Source: a virus
Length of the DNA: 64,000 bases
IMG/VR virus record: IMGVR_UViG_3300037459_000157
Coordinates: 6,640 to 70,639 of that record
Direction: 5' to 3' (one strand)
Both the position numbers and the translations under genes were made by a program. Below are positions 8,667-17,159 of the stretch, piece after piece (position 1 is the stretch's first letter; each line of letters begins with the position of its first letter). Below the pieces are notes generated by a model, which was not told the DNA's origin, did not search any database, and saw only the letters and a program-made list of their open reading frames with translations.

Positions 8667-8921
8667 GTGAGGCTGGCGAAGTTAGTCCATGATGCGAGTA
8701 CGTATTCACGTGACCAGCCTTTCTGGCCGACCGGCTCCGTCTGGGTGGTGATGTGCCGGGAGTGCGGGGCCGAGTATAAATACAAGAGTGTGAGTGACGC
8801 GGGCAGTGGACCAATGGCCCATTACGAAGGCTGCCTAGTCGATGCCATCGAGGCAGAGGAGATGGACAAGAAGCCAAAGGCTGAACGGGATGCGATAGCC
8901 CGTATTAAGGGAGAGTTTTGA
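8667..8921 (+). CDS. Hypothetical Zn-binding protein
   Basis: CREC...H..GC, same layout as previous gene. Confidence 0.5.
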   Translation: MRLAKLVHDASTYSRDQPFWPTGSVWVVMCRECGAEYKYKSVSDAGSGPMAHYEGCLVDAIEAEEMDKKPKAERDAIARIKGEF

Positions 8922-8922
8922 G

Positions 8923-9105
8923 ATGAAGTTTGGATATACAATACTGACGATATTGTTGTTAGTCGTCGTGTCTGCACTTCCCTTTAGGCGTGGACACGGC
9001 GAGGGGTTCGTCGAGGGTGTCAATCTACCGGGTTCATGCGTCGTTGTTGCGGCTCGGGAGTACGCTCGTGGATTTAGAGACGGTGTTAATGAGATCAAGC
9101 GATGA
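8923..9105 (+). CDS. Small secreted or membrane protein
   Basis: N-terminal hydrophobic segment. Confidence 0.5.
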   Translation: MKFGYTILTILLLVVVSALPFRRGHGEGFVEGVNLPGSCVVVAAREYARGFRDGVNEIKR

Positions 9106-9175
9106 CCGACGACCTAGAAGCCCAACGCACCACCGCGCTGCATGTGCCGTGGACTAGGGTGGTGGAGGAAGCGGC

Positions 9176-9478
9176 GTGATGTCCAGCTTCGCGTACGCAG
9201 TGGCAATCGCAATCGCCGTCGCGCTGTCATGGGACAAGGTCATGCGACCGGTCCAGAGAAGATGTGTCGATTCGGACGTGGCCGAGCATCTCATGATTAA
9301 CGGATGGAGCAGACCCGATGATATATGTGAGGCACTTGCTGAGCATGCTGAGCACGAGGTGCGCGAGTCCATCGACCGCATGTGCGAGTGCGGCTGGGTC
9401 ATGTTCAACGGCACGAGGCTGGAGACTCAAACGATTGGCATCACGCGCGAGGGCGAGAAGGCGCTGGCGGAGGACTGA
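9176..9478 (+). CDS. Membrane-anchored protein, possible winged-helix C-terminus
   Basis: TM N-terminus; ends GITREGEKAL. Confidence 0.5.
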   Translation: MMSSFAYAVAIAIAVALSWDKVMRPVQRRCVDSDVAEHLMINGWSRPDDICEALAEHAEHEVRESIDRMCECGWVMFNGTRLETQTIGITREGEKALAED

Positions 9479-9690
9479 TGCCGTCGATAAAAGCTCAGCT
9501 TGAACTCATGAGGTCCATCGGGCTGTCCACGGATGAGGCCAGGGCGGGGATTGCCAAGCTGGCATGGCCGCAGAATCTCAGGCGAAGACAGGGTCTCGCC
9601 ATCGGCGAGTTGCAGAAGGACAATCCCGTGCACCCGAAGCGGCTGCTCGCGGAGCTGGCCGATGAGTTTGATAGAGGGATTGAGATATGA
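9478..9690 (+). CDS. Hypothetical protein
   Basis: GGAGG RBS, TGATG overlap. Confidence 0.5.
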   Translation: MPSIKAQLELMRSIGLSTDEARAGIAKLAWPQNLRRRQGLAIGELQKDNPVHPKRLLAELADEFDRGIEI

Positions 9691-10181
9691 GCAAGACAAC
9701 AAACATATATTTCGACTTTGAGTTCATCGACGACGGGCGCGACATTGTGCCGATATCGCTTGGCATGTGCACGAGCTACGGCAAGGAGCTCTACATAGAA
9801 TATGAGTTTGACCCTGCACGAGCTAGCGATTGGGTGCGTGAGAATGTTTTGCCGCATCTGGCTGGCGGAAACGATGATAGGCGCATGGCCGCACCAAGAA
9901 TCAGGGACTGGGTCAAGAACGCGTGTGGAGAAAATAAGCCCAAGTTCTGGGGCTACTACCCTAGCTACGACTGGGTGCTGCTCTGCCAGCACTTCGGCAC
10001 GATGATGCAGGGTCCGACAGGTTGGCCCATTCGGCCCGAGTGCTTGATGCAGCTGGCGGGCCACCTCGGAGTTGAGCGCTCGGCATTCCCTGAGCAGCCG
10101 AATGATTCGCACAACGCCCTTGCAGATGCGAAGTGGAACCGAGAGCTGCATGGCTTCCTGAAGAGCCGAGGTGTAGACTAA
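9687..10181 (+). CDS. DEDDh 3'-5' exo(ribo)nuclease, Rv2179c/DUF5051-like
   Basis: YFDFEF, WGYYPSYDW and HNALADA motifs. Confidence 0.85.
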   Translation: MSKTTNIYFDFEFIDDGRDIVPISLGMCTSYGKELYIEYEFDPARASDWVRENVLPHLAGGNDDRRMAAPRIRDWVKNACGENKPKFWGYYPSYDWVLLCQHFGTMMQGPTGWPIRPECLMQLAGHLGVERSAFPEQPNDSHNALADAKWNRELHGFLKSRGVD

Positions 10182-10185
10182 CCTC

Positions 10186-10413
10186 ATGGGAATATGCTTC
10201 GGAACCGGGCCCGACGGCCACTTCTACGAGTGCGAGGATAGGCCGTGTCCATGGCCAAGGCAAGGCGGGGCACTTCGCAGACTCCGACGCATGCGAGACT
10301 GGTCGTTGCGGCAGCTGGCCATGCAGCTCGACGTGGGCATTGTCCGGGCCTCCGACATTGAGCGAGGGCTCGCGGAGATATCGAAGGCGGAGCGTGCTAG
10401 GCTGCAGACATGA
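10186..10413 (+). CDS. Small XRE-type HTH protein
   Basis: LRRLRRMRDWSLRQLAMQLDVGIVRASDIERG. Confidence 0.65.
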   Translation: MGICFGTGPDGHFYECEDRPCPWPRQGGALRRLRRMRDWSLRQLAMQLDVGIVRASDIERGLAEISKAERARLQT

Positions 10414-10723
10414 CAGACAAGACCCTACACAATTCCACCGTCTCCCATGCCAAGAAAAACGTCTCGGACCTAATCGTGTTCGGTGACGGCGATGCGTGGC
10501 AACTCATCTGCAAGGCGTCGTCTAAGGCTGAAGACTGGATGAAGAGCACCAAGGCGATGGCTGCCTGGTACAGGTGACGACGCAGCAGGGCGACCATGTG
10601 GCCGAGTCAGTGACGTGGGTCCCGGGTGTTCGCATCATATCGATTGACGGCGACCGGAAGAACGGGCGACGGCTAGTCGACCTCATGCATGGGCAGAAAA
10701 TGGCCGACCCGATGCCCGCTTGA
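10410..10723 (+). pseudogene. Frameshifted phage protein (KTLHNST...WMKSTKAM / GCLVQVTTQQGD.VAE)
   Basis: First frame stops at 10577; a plausible C-terminal half continues in the -1 frame from 10559 to 10723. Confidence 0.6.
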
Positions 10724-10753
10724 CAACAGCCGCATTTCACGCTCTGCTAATGC

Positions 10754-11077
10754 GTGTCCCTGTCGATCGTCCCTGACCCCGCTGAGCGGAGCGCTGCTGA
10801 TGCCTTGAGCTCGCAGATAAAGAAGCTCTCGCGGCTGGTGGATAGGGCCATAGACGACAAGTACGAGGGCGACGCGGACATCCTGGCCAAGCTCGTGACC
10901 GCAATGGCGCGGCTCATCGAGGCCCGCACCAAGGCCGAGCAGAGCATCAAGCCGGCCGCTCTGGCGGCTCTCATGGCTGGGATGGCCAGCGTTGTAAACG
11001 CGCACGTGACGGCCCCGGACATAAGGTCGAGCATACGGCGCGAGTGGCACCGGCTCTCTAAGGAGCTCGCTGGATGA
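10754..11077 (+). CDS. Probable terminase small subunit
   Basis: Helical ORF coupled to terL; TTGACA at 10720. Confidence 0.5.
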   Translation: MSLSIVPDPAERSAADALSSQIKKLSRLVDRAIDDKYEGDADILAKLVTAMARLIEARTKAEQSIKPAALAALMAGMASVVNAHVTAPDIRSSIRREWHRLSKELAG

Positions 11078-13527
11078 GCTCGGCTCTCGCCGAAGCGCTG
11101 TCGATTGGGGCGGACGCGCTCGACATCGGCTCGGACATATTGACGCCTGAGCAGATTGAGGCTGGGCGCACCGACTTGATGATGGCGATTCAAAACGTCA
11201 AGTCGAACTACATCATCAACTGGCACCATAGTCAGCTCGCAGATACATTGGACAAGGTCCAGCGTGGGGAGATAACCCGGCTCATTGTTATGATGCCGCC
11301 TCAGCATGGGAAGGCGCTCGAAGACTCGACGCCCATACCTACGCCTGACGGATGGAAAGCCATGGGTGACTTGCGTGTCGGCGACATGGTGTACAGTGAC
11401 TCAGGCAAGCAGGTCCCTGTGCAAGCTGTCCACCACTGGAAGGGCCGAGAGTTGTACCGAGTCACCACCGACGACGGGCACTCTGTCATGGCCGACTCGG
11501 AGCACTTGTGGTCGGTCAGGCTGTGTCGTAAGCGGCCAGTATGGAAGGACCACCGGACGGCCTACCTCGCCAACAGAGCAAGTGCCAGGCGCCCTATGAT
11601 TCCAACTCATGGGGCCATCGAGTGCGACGAGGTCGAGCTTCCGATTGCGCCGTACACCTTAGGTATCTGGCTGGGCGATGGCAACCGTAGGCACGCATTC
11701 GTCACAAGTGGCGACCAAGATATTGATTTTATCCGCGAGCAAATCGAGCTCGACGGGTTCGAGACTCGGTTGCATACGGCAAGGGGGAACTTCGGGATTC
11801 TCGGCCTGCTGAGGAAGCTGCGGCTTGCCAACTTGTTGGACAACAAGCACATCCCATCTGAATACTTCAGGGCATCCAAGGCCCAGCGACTGGCACTGTT
11901 ACAGGGGCTCATCGACACCGACGGATACGTTTCGCCAGAGGGCCAGATTGAATTCTGCTCAACTACTAGGGCGATCGCCGATGGTGTGCTCGAACTCATT
12001 CATTCGCTCGGTGTGAAGGCGTCCCTGATTGAGGGCCGGGCAACTCTGGACGGGGTGGACTACGGGTCCAAGTACCGAGTCATGTTTTACATGGGTAGCG
12101 CTGCCAGGCTGCCACGACGGAAGCAGCTTGCACGAGATGCTCAGCGGGCTAGCCGCTATCTATCGTTTGAGCGAGCCGGAACGGGTGATACGACGTGTAT
12201 CACGGTTGGCGGCAATGGTCGATTCCTCTGCGGCAAGGCCATGATCGTGACGCACAACTCCGAGGAGGTATCTCGGCACTTCCCTGCCACCTGCTTGGGA
12301 CGGAACCCCAACGAGAAGATTATCGCATGCTCGTACTCGGCAACGCTGGCTGCGAAGATGGGCCGCGATGTTCAAAACATCATGGGAACTGAGGAGTACC
12401 AGGCGATGTTTAGCACCCGGCTCAAGTCGGGTGTCGACGCGCGCAAGGGTTCGGCTAAAAAGAAAGAGACCAACCTAGAGTTCGACGTCGTCAATGGCGA
12501 AGGCTACTACATCGGCGCCGGTGTTGGTGGCCCTATTACTGGGATGGGCTTTTCCCTCGGAATCATCGACGACTACTGCAAGAACCGCAAGGAAGCCGAA
12601 TCGAAAACGTGGAGAGACGCGACGTGGGACTGGTATACGTCCACGTTCAGGTCGCGCAGGGCGGGCGGTATGTCCGACTGCGGCGTCGACCGAATCATCA
12701 TCTGCGCGACGCCGTGGCATGAGGACGACTTGATTGGCCGAGTGCTGAGGAATGCCAAACGTGTTGGCGAGACATGGCACATCCTAAGGTTCCCGGCTGT
12801 CTACGATGGTGAGGGTGCGGGCGACTTCAGTTCGACCATAGGCAAGGACGAGCGCAGATTTGGTCAGCCACTATGGCCAAAGAAGATGAACCTCAAGGAC
12901 CTGGAGGTCGAACGCAAGACGAGCCCCTCAGACTGGACGTCGCTCTGGCAGTGCAGGCCATCCGCAGCCAAGGGAAACATATTCAACCGCGACCATTGGG
13001 GCATGTACACGGTGTTGCCCAAGGGCCAGTTGACCTACACGTTCAGCCTTGACTGCGCGTTCAAGGATGGCGACTCGTCGTCGTTTGTGGTGCTCCAGCT
13101 ATGGGCGAATCAAGGCCCGAATCATTATCTCGTCGAACAGTGGCGCGACCGCCTCGACTACAAGAAGACGAAGAAGCTGTGTCGGGATAAGTTCCGCGAG
13201 TACCCGGAGGCGATGACCAAGCTGATTGAGGCCAAGGCGAATGGGCCGGCCATCATCAATGAGCTCAGCGAGGAGTTCTCTGGGCTCGTACCAATCGAGC
13301 CCAAGGGTGGCAAGGCGGCGCGCGCGATGGCTATCCAGGGCATCGTCGAGGCTGGTAACGTGTATCTGCCAGAACACGCGAATTGGCTGGGTGAGTTCAT
13401 GAACGAAACTGCATCATTCCCGCATTCCCCGAACGACGATCAAGTCGACGCGATGACGCAGTACCTTGAGCGGCAGGGGGTCGACGGACTCAACTTCCTG
13501 AATGAATTGCTAGGGGCGGCGCAATAA
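11074..13527 (+). CDS. terL: Terminase large subunit, intein-containing
   Basis: MPPQHGK|S Walker A, GIIDD Walker B, C-terminal nuclease (SLDCAFK, IEAKANG, DDQVDA). Confidence 0.95.
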   Translation: MSSALAEALSIGADALDIGSDILTPEQIEAGRTDLMMAIQNVKSNYIINWHHSQLADTLDKVQRGEITRLIVMMPPQHGKALEDSTPIPTPDGWKAMGDLRVGDMVYSDSGKQVPVQAVHHWKGRELYRVTTDDGHSVMADSEHLWSVRLCRKRPVWKDHRTAYLANRASARRPMIPTHGAIECDEVELPIAPYTLGIWLGDGNRRHAFVTSGDQDIDFIREQIELDGFETRLHTARGNFGILGLLRKLRLANLLDNKHIPSEYFRASKAQRLALLQGLIDTDGYVSPEGQIEFCSTTRAIADGVLELIHSLGVKASLIEGRATLDGVDYGSKYRVMFYMGSAARLPRRKQLARDAQRASRYLSFERAGTGDTTCITVGGNGRFLCGKAMIVTHNSEEVSRHFPATCLGRNPNEKIIACSYSATLAAKMGRDVQNIMGTEEYQAMFSTRLKSGVDARKGSAKKKETNLEFDVVNGEGYYIGAGVGGPITGMGFSLGIIDDYCKNRKEAESKTWRDATWDWYTSTFRSRRAGGMSDCGVDRIIICATPWHEDDLIGRVLRNAKRVGETWHILRFPAVYDGEGAGDFSSTIGKDERRFGQPLWPKKMNLKDLEVERKTSPSDWTSLWQCRPSAAKGNIFNRDHWGMYTVLPKGQLTYTFSLDCAFKDGDSSSFVVLQLWANQGPNHYLVEQWRDRLDYKKTKKLCRDKFREYPEAMTKLIEAKANGPAIINELSEEFSGLVPIEPKGGKAARAMAIQGIVEAGNVYLPEHANWLGEFMNETASFPHSPNDDQVDAMTQYLERQGVDGLNFLNELLGAAQ
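11314..12258 (+). mobile_element. Intein (315 aa, Ala1, class-3 W-C-T signature) with LAGLIDADG homing endonuclease
   Basis: Starts ALEDSTPIPTPDGW; ADSEHLW, TTCITV and VTHN|S blocks; LGIWLGDG and LLQGLIDTDG motifs. Confidence 0.9.
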
Positions 13528-13528
13528 C

Positions 13529-15292
13529 ATGGCGAAGAAATCTAAGCTGAAGGTAGTGAGCAGCGATGGCGCGGAGTTTCTCGACTCGATGATCCCGAAG
13601 ACGGTGACCGAGGACGGGTGGAGCAACCCAGTCACGGGCATGGGTTTTCTTGGCCGTGACAAAGGCGAGTCGAATACGTATCGGCCCGACATCCTGCTCA
13701 CCAGCCAGGAGCTCGACAATCTGGGGCGCGACGGGTTCGCGCGCATCATCGTTGACACCATCGTTGAGGACGCGATGCGCTCGGGCTGGGTCGTCAACTT
13801 TACCGGCGGCAAGGATTCCGAGGTTACACCTGAGCAGGCACAGGAGTTCAACGAGCGGCTGCGGACCTGGTACAGGGAGACCAAGCTTAAGGCCAGAGTC
13901 AGTCAGCACCTGAAGCAGGCTCGACAGTATGGCGGCAGCTTGCTGGTGCTTGGGGTCAAGGATGGGCAGGACCCGTCTGAGGAGCTCAATCTAGACCGGG
14001 TGACCGAGTTTAGCTGGATGCGGGCGCACGACCGCGTACAGGTGTCTGAGTCGGCTGAGATTAACAGCGACCCGAGCAGCGTGGGGTTCGGGTTCGCCGA
14101 GGCCTACACGTTGCACACGGCCACTCAGATGCAGACGAGTGGCGACCGTCAGGAAACCCTGATCGACACGTGGGTCCACAACTCTCGCGTGTGGCGAACC
14201 GACGGCGTGCTTCTGACCGAACGCGTACGGCAGCAGAACTTCGGATGGGGTGACTCGGTGCTGGAGGCCTGCAAGGAGCAGCTCGGCAATCGCGGCTCAG
14301 TGATGAAAGCGGCGCGGACCGTGGTCCAGGAGTGGGTGCTTGGCGTTTACAAGCTCAAAGGTCTTGTCGGCGTCATCCAAGCCAATGGTGAGGACAAGGT
14401 TCGCGGACGCTTCTCGGTCATAGACCGGCTGAAGTCGATGTGGCAGAGCATCGCCGTCGACGCTGACAACGAGAGCTTCGAGCGTATATCGGCCACAGCT
14501 GCCGGCCTGCCTGACCTGCTCGACCGCTTCGGCATCGACCTTTCGGCCGTGGCTCGCATGCCGATGACCAAGCTGTTCGGTCTGAGCCCTGGCGGCTTTG
14601 GTACGGGCGAGGCTGAGGGTGACAACTGGGACGACAAGACCCAGTCCTATCAGACAGACGACGTTGAGCCGCTGCTGGGGTACATCCACAAGATTCTGTT
14701 CGCGACGCCTGAGTTCGCAGACTTCCCCGAGAATTGGAGTATCAAGTTCAATTCGCTGCAGCTGACCGACCCGATCGAAGACGCGGACGTCAGGCTGAAG
14801 ACATCTCAGGCCGACGCGCTCGACATCACCTCTGGTGTGCTGGGTGCGGATGAGGTGGCGGTCTCACGATATGGTGGGTCGAACTACTCAACTGAGACTG
14901 TGCTCGACACCGAGGCTCGTGAGATGGACGCGGCGCTTGAGTCCGAGGGCCTAGGCGCGAGTGTGTCTGAGCCGATGACGGGCGTTCAGATCACCTCGAT
15001 GCTTGACATTTTGGAGCGCGTCAAGCTTGGCGCATTGCCCAAGGAGTCCGCAATGGTTCTCCTTGGTGCGGCATTCCCCGACATGACTCAAGAGACGGCG
15101 GCCGGCATGGTGGAGCCCATTGAGGTCACCGGACCGCCTGAAGAAAGCGTCACAAATGTGGCACCATCCACGCCCGCTGCGCCCCCGGCAACACCCCCAG
15201 TTGCGGAGGGCAACCCGAGCGACGAGAGCGCTGGGTCCACCGAACCGGACGACGAGGAAGACCCTGCTAATTCCGAAGGGAACAGGTCATAG
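13529..15292 (+). CDS. Portal protein (DUF1073-like)
   Basis: Follows terL; DGWSNPVTGMG, ARQYGGS, MPMTKLFGLSPGG motifs. Confidence 0.9.
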   Translation: MAKKSKLKVVSSDGAEFLDSMIPKTVTEDGWSNPVTGMGFLGRDKGESNTYRPDILLTSQELDNLGRDGFARIIVDTIVEDAMRSGWVVNFTGGKDSEVTPEQAQEFNERLRTWYRETKLKARVSQHLKQARQYGGSLLVLGVKDGQDPSEELNLDRVTEFSWMRAHDRVQVSESAEINSDPSSVGFGFAEAYTLHTATQMQTSGDRQETLIDTWVHNSRVWRTDGVLLTERVRQQNFGWGDSVLEACKEQLGNRGSVMKAARTVVQEWVLGVYKLKGLVGVIQANGEDKVRGRFSVIDRLKSMWQSIAVDADNESFERISATAAGLPDLLDRFGIDLSAVARMPMTKLFGLSPGGFGTGEAEGDNWDDKTQSYQTDDVEPLLGYIHKILFATPEFADFPENWSIKFNSLQLTDPIEDADVRLKTSQADALDITSGVLGADEVAVSRYGGSNYSTETVLDTEAREMDAALESEGLGASVSEPMTGVQITSMLDILERVKLGALPKESAMVLLGAAFPDMTQETAAGMVEPIEVTGPPEESVTNVAPSTPAAPPATPPVAEGNPSDESAGSTEPDDEEDPANSEGNRS

Positions 15293-15406
15293 TGACAACT
15301 ACAGTGACACTGTATTTTTACAGTATCGCATATCCGCGTATGTTGCCACGTGACATGTTTATGTGGGCCAGACGGGTGATAGAAGTGGCCGTACGTTGTA
15401 CGTGTC

Positions 15407-15556
15407 ATGCGGGTCACAGCTCAGACAAATGTAGTAGACTTGCCGCGGAAGGTCCGCATCAGGCGTCGGAGGCGGGGGCCTGACCCATGGATCGTCCCGG
15501 TCTTGATCGTTGTCGCGTCGCTGGCCTACATGGTGGGACGCCTGTCGTCCTACTGA
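15407..15556 (+). CDS. 49-aa membrane peptide (not in ORF track)
   Basis: MRVTAQTNVVDLPRKVRIRRRRRGPDPWIVPVLIVVASLAYMVGRLSSY fills the portal-MuF gap. Confidence 0.4.
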   Translation: MRVTAQTNVVDLPRKVRIRRRRRGPDPWIVPVLIVVASLAYMVGRLSSY

Positions 15557-15567
15557 GCACGGTAGAC

Positions 15568-16365
15568 GTGAGGCATCCGGGTCGGCGTAGACAGTCGGGG
15601 AACCGCGATGCCGCGCGGATGAAGCCGGTCAGCCGGGCTTACTTCAAGGACCTGGCCAAGCTGACTCGCGCGCTGTTCCGCGACATCAATCAGCAGATTG
15701 TCAGTCAGATTCCTCGGTGGACGAGGGAAGAGACCGAGCTCAACGCGTCCGATGCGATCGACGAGGAGCTACCGTTCCTCATTGAGCAGCTCAAGCAGCA
15801 ATACAGCGCGCCTCAGATTCTGTTCGAGTACCAGGACATCGCTCGGAGGGCAGAGGCCCGGACGGACACGCAGAGCGAGGCCCAGACGCGCAGGCAGCTC
15901 AGGAATCTAGGCATCGACATCTTTCGCGAATCACCACAGCTTGACCGGCTGTCGCAACGTTTCGTTGGCAGGAACGTCGCGCTCATCACCAGCATTCCTC
16001 AGCAGGCACTGACCAACGTCGAGCAGGTGATTGGGGACGGGGTTCAGTCGGGCACGCGCGCGCGCGACCTGGCCAGGCAGATTACGGGCTTGGTCGAAGG
16101 CAGCGAGCTCAGCAAGACTCGCAACCGGGCAGCTCTCATCGCCCGCAACGAGACGCTGACGCACTCAGCACAGCTCTCGCGCGCAAGGCAGCGGTCGAAC
16201 GGCATCACCAGATTCATTTGGCGCACAGTTGGCGACGGTCGGGTGCGCGACTTGCATGAGGACCGCGACGGGGTTGAGTACTCGTGGGCCGACGGCGCGG
16301 GGGCTGAGGACACATACCCGGGCGACGGTGTGCAATGCCGCTGCTCATCGGAGCCAGTGCTATGA
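15568..16365 (+). CDS. Head morphogenesis protein (MuF / SPP1 gp7 family)
   Basis: RAALIARNE, WRTVGDGRVRDLH, PG..VQCRC; start codon uncertain. Confidence 0.9.
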   Translation: MRHPGRRRQSGNRDAARMKPVSRAYFKDLAKLTRALFRDINQQIVSQIPRWTREETELNASDAIDEELPFLIEQLKQQYSAPQILFEYQDIARRAEARTDTQSEAQTRRQLRNLGIDIFRESPQLDRLSQRFVGRNVALITSIPQQALTNVEQVIGDGVQSGTRARDLARQITGLVEGSELSKTRNRAALIARNETLTHSAQLSRARQRSNGITRFIWRTVGDGRVRDLHEDRDGVEYSWADGAGAEDTYPGDGVQCRCSSEPVL

Positions 16366-16781
16366 AACAAGTACCAGAAGGTTTTGAACTTGCGGACGAG
16401 CCGAAACACTGGGCGTTTCGCTACCCGGGTGTGGCAATGACCCTAGTTTCGGCTGCGTTTTCAGTGACAGTAATTGCTGTTGGCGTCTGGATTGACGATA
16501 GGCAGCGACCGCAGTGGGAGAAGATCGACGCGGCGATTGCCAAGCTGTCAGAGGATAGCAGGCAGGATATGGCCAAACTGTCGGAGGACAGCAGTAAAGC
16601 GATTGCCAAGCTGTCGCAGGAGAACCAGTGGCTAGCTTGGCATCAACTTGAGTGGGGGCGATACATTGGGCTCGCACTGGAAGGGATAGCCGAGAGCGCG
16701 AATGTTCGGATGCCGACAAGGCCAAAGGAGCTGGACAGGGCCGAGTCTCATGTGCGAAATATTCAAGAGAGGTCGAACTAA
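16362..16781 (+). CDS. Single-TM coiled-coil protein (possibly holin or other lysis accessory)
   Basis: TM helix then (I/M)AKLS repeated three times. Confidence 0.5.
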   Translation: MKQVPEGFELADEPKHWAFRYPGVAMTLVSAAFSVTVIAVGVWIDDRQRPQWEKIDAAIAKLSEDSRQDMAKLSEDSSKAIAKLSQENQWLAWHQLEWGRYIGLALEGIAESANVRMPTRPKELDRAESHVRNIQERSN

Positions 16782-17158
16782 TGGCGCTTCCTGACTTCTT
16801 CCCCAAGACTGACGAGGAGCTCGACATCGGGGGGCCGAACGGGCCACTGCTTGTCGGCCAGTCCTTCGACCGGACCTACAACTTCACAGCGTTCGATGGC
16901 CTCACGTGTTCCGATGTGCCTGTCGACTTCACAGGGTTCACACTGATTGCCGAGATCCTCGACTCGACTGATGCGGTGCTCGACTCGTTCACAGTCGACC
17001 CATCTGTGGGCGATACTACGGGTTCGTTTGACCTGCACCTCGACCCAGCTCAGGTCACGGCATCGCTGAGGACAAGCTCGGTCAAGTGGAAGTTCCGTAT
17101 GGTCGACGGCGGTCCGACCAACGAGGCCCTCATCTTCGCCAACTTCAAGGTCACCTAG
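16781..17158 (+). CDS. Beta-rich virion adaptor-like protein (BppU-N-like)
   Basis: PVDFTGFTLIAEI...GSFDLHL...T motif. Confidence 0.5.
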   Translation: MALPDFFPKTDEELDIGGPNGPLLVGQSFDRTYNFTAFDGLTCSDVPVDFTGFTLIAEILDSTDAVLDSFTVDPSVGDTTGSFDLHLDPAQVTASLRTSSVKWKFRMVDGGPTNEALIFANFKVT

Positions 17159-17159
17159 C

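Noticed and set aside
13529-15292. Anti-CBASS Acb1 label sometimes attached to DUF1073 proteins
   Set aside because: Position and motifs fit a portal; I saw no HxT/HxS phosphoesterase domain
15294-15308. GACAA-N5-GTGAC as another operator copy
   Set aside because: Two mismatches and no associated -35, so it could be chance
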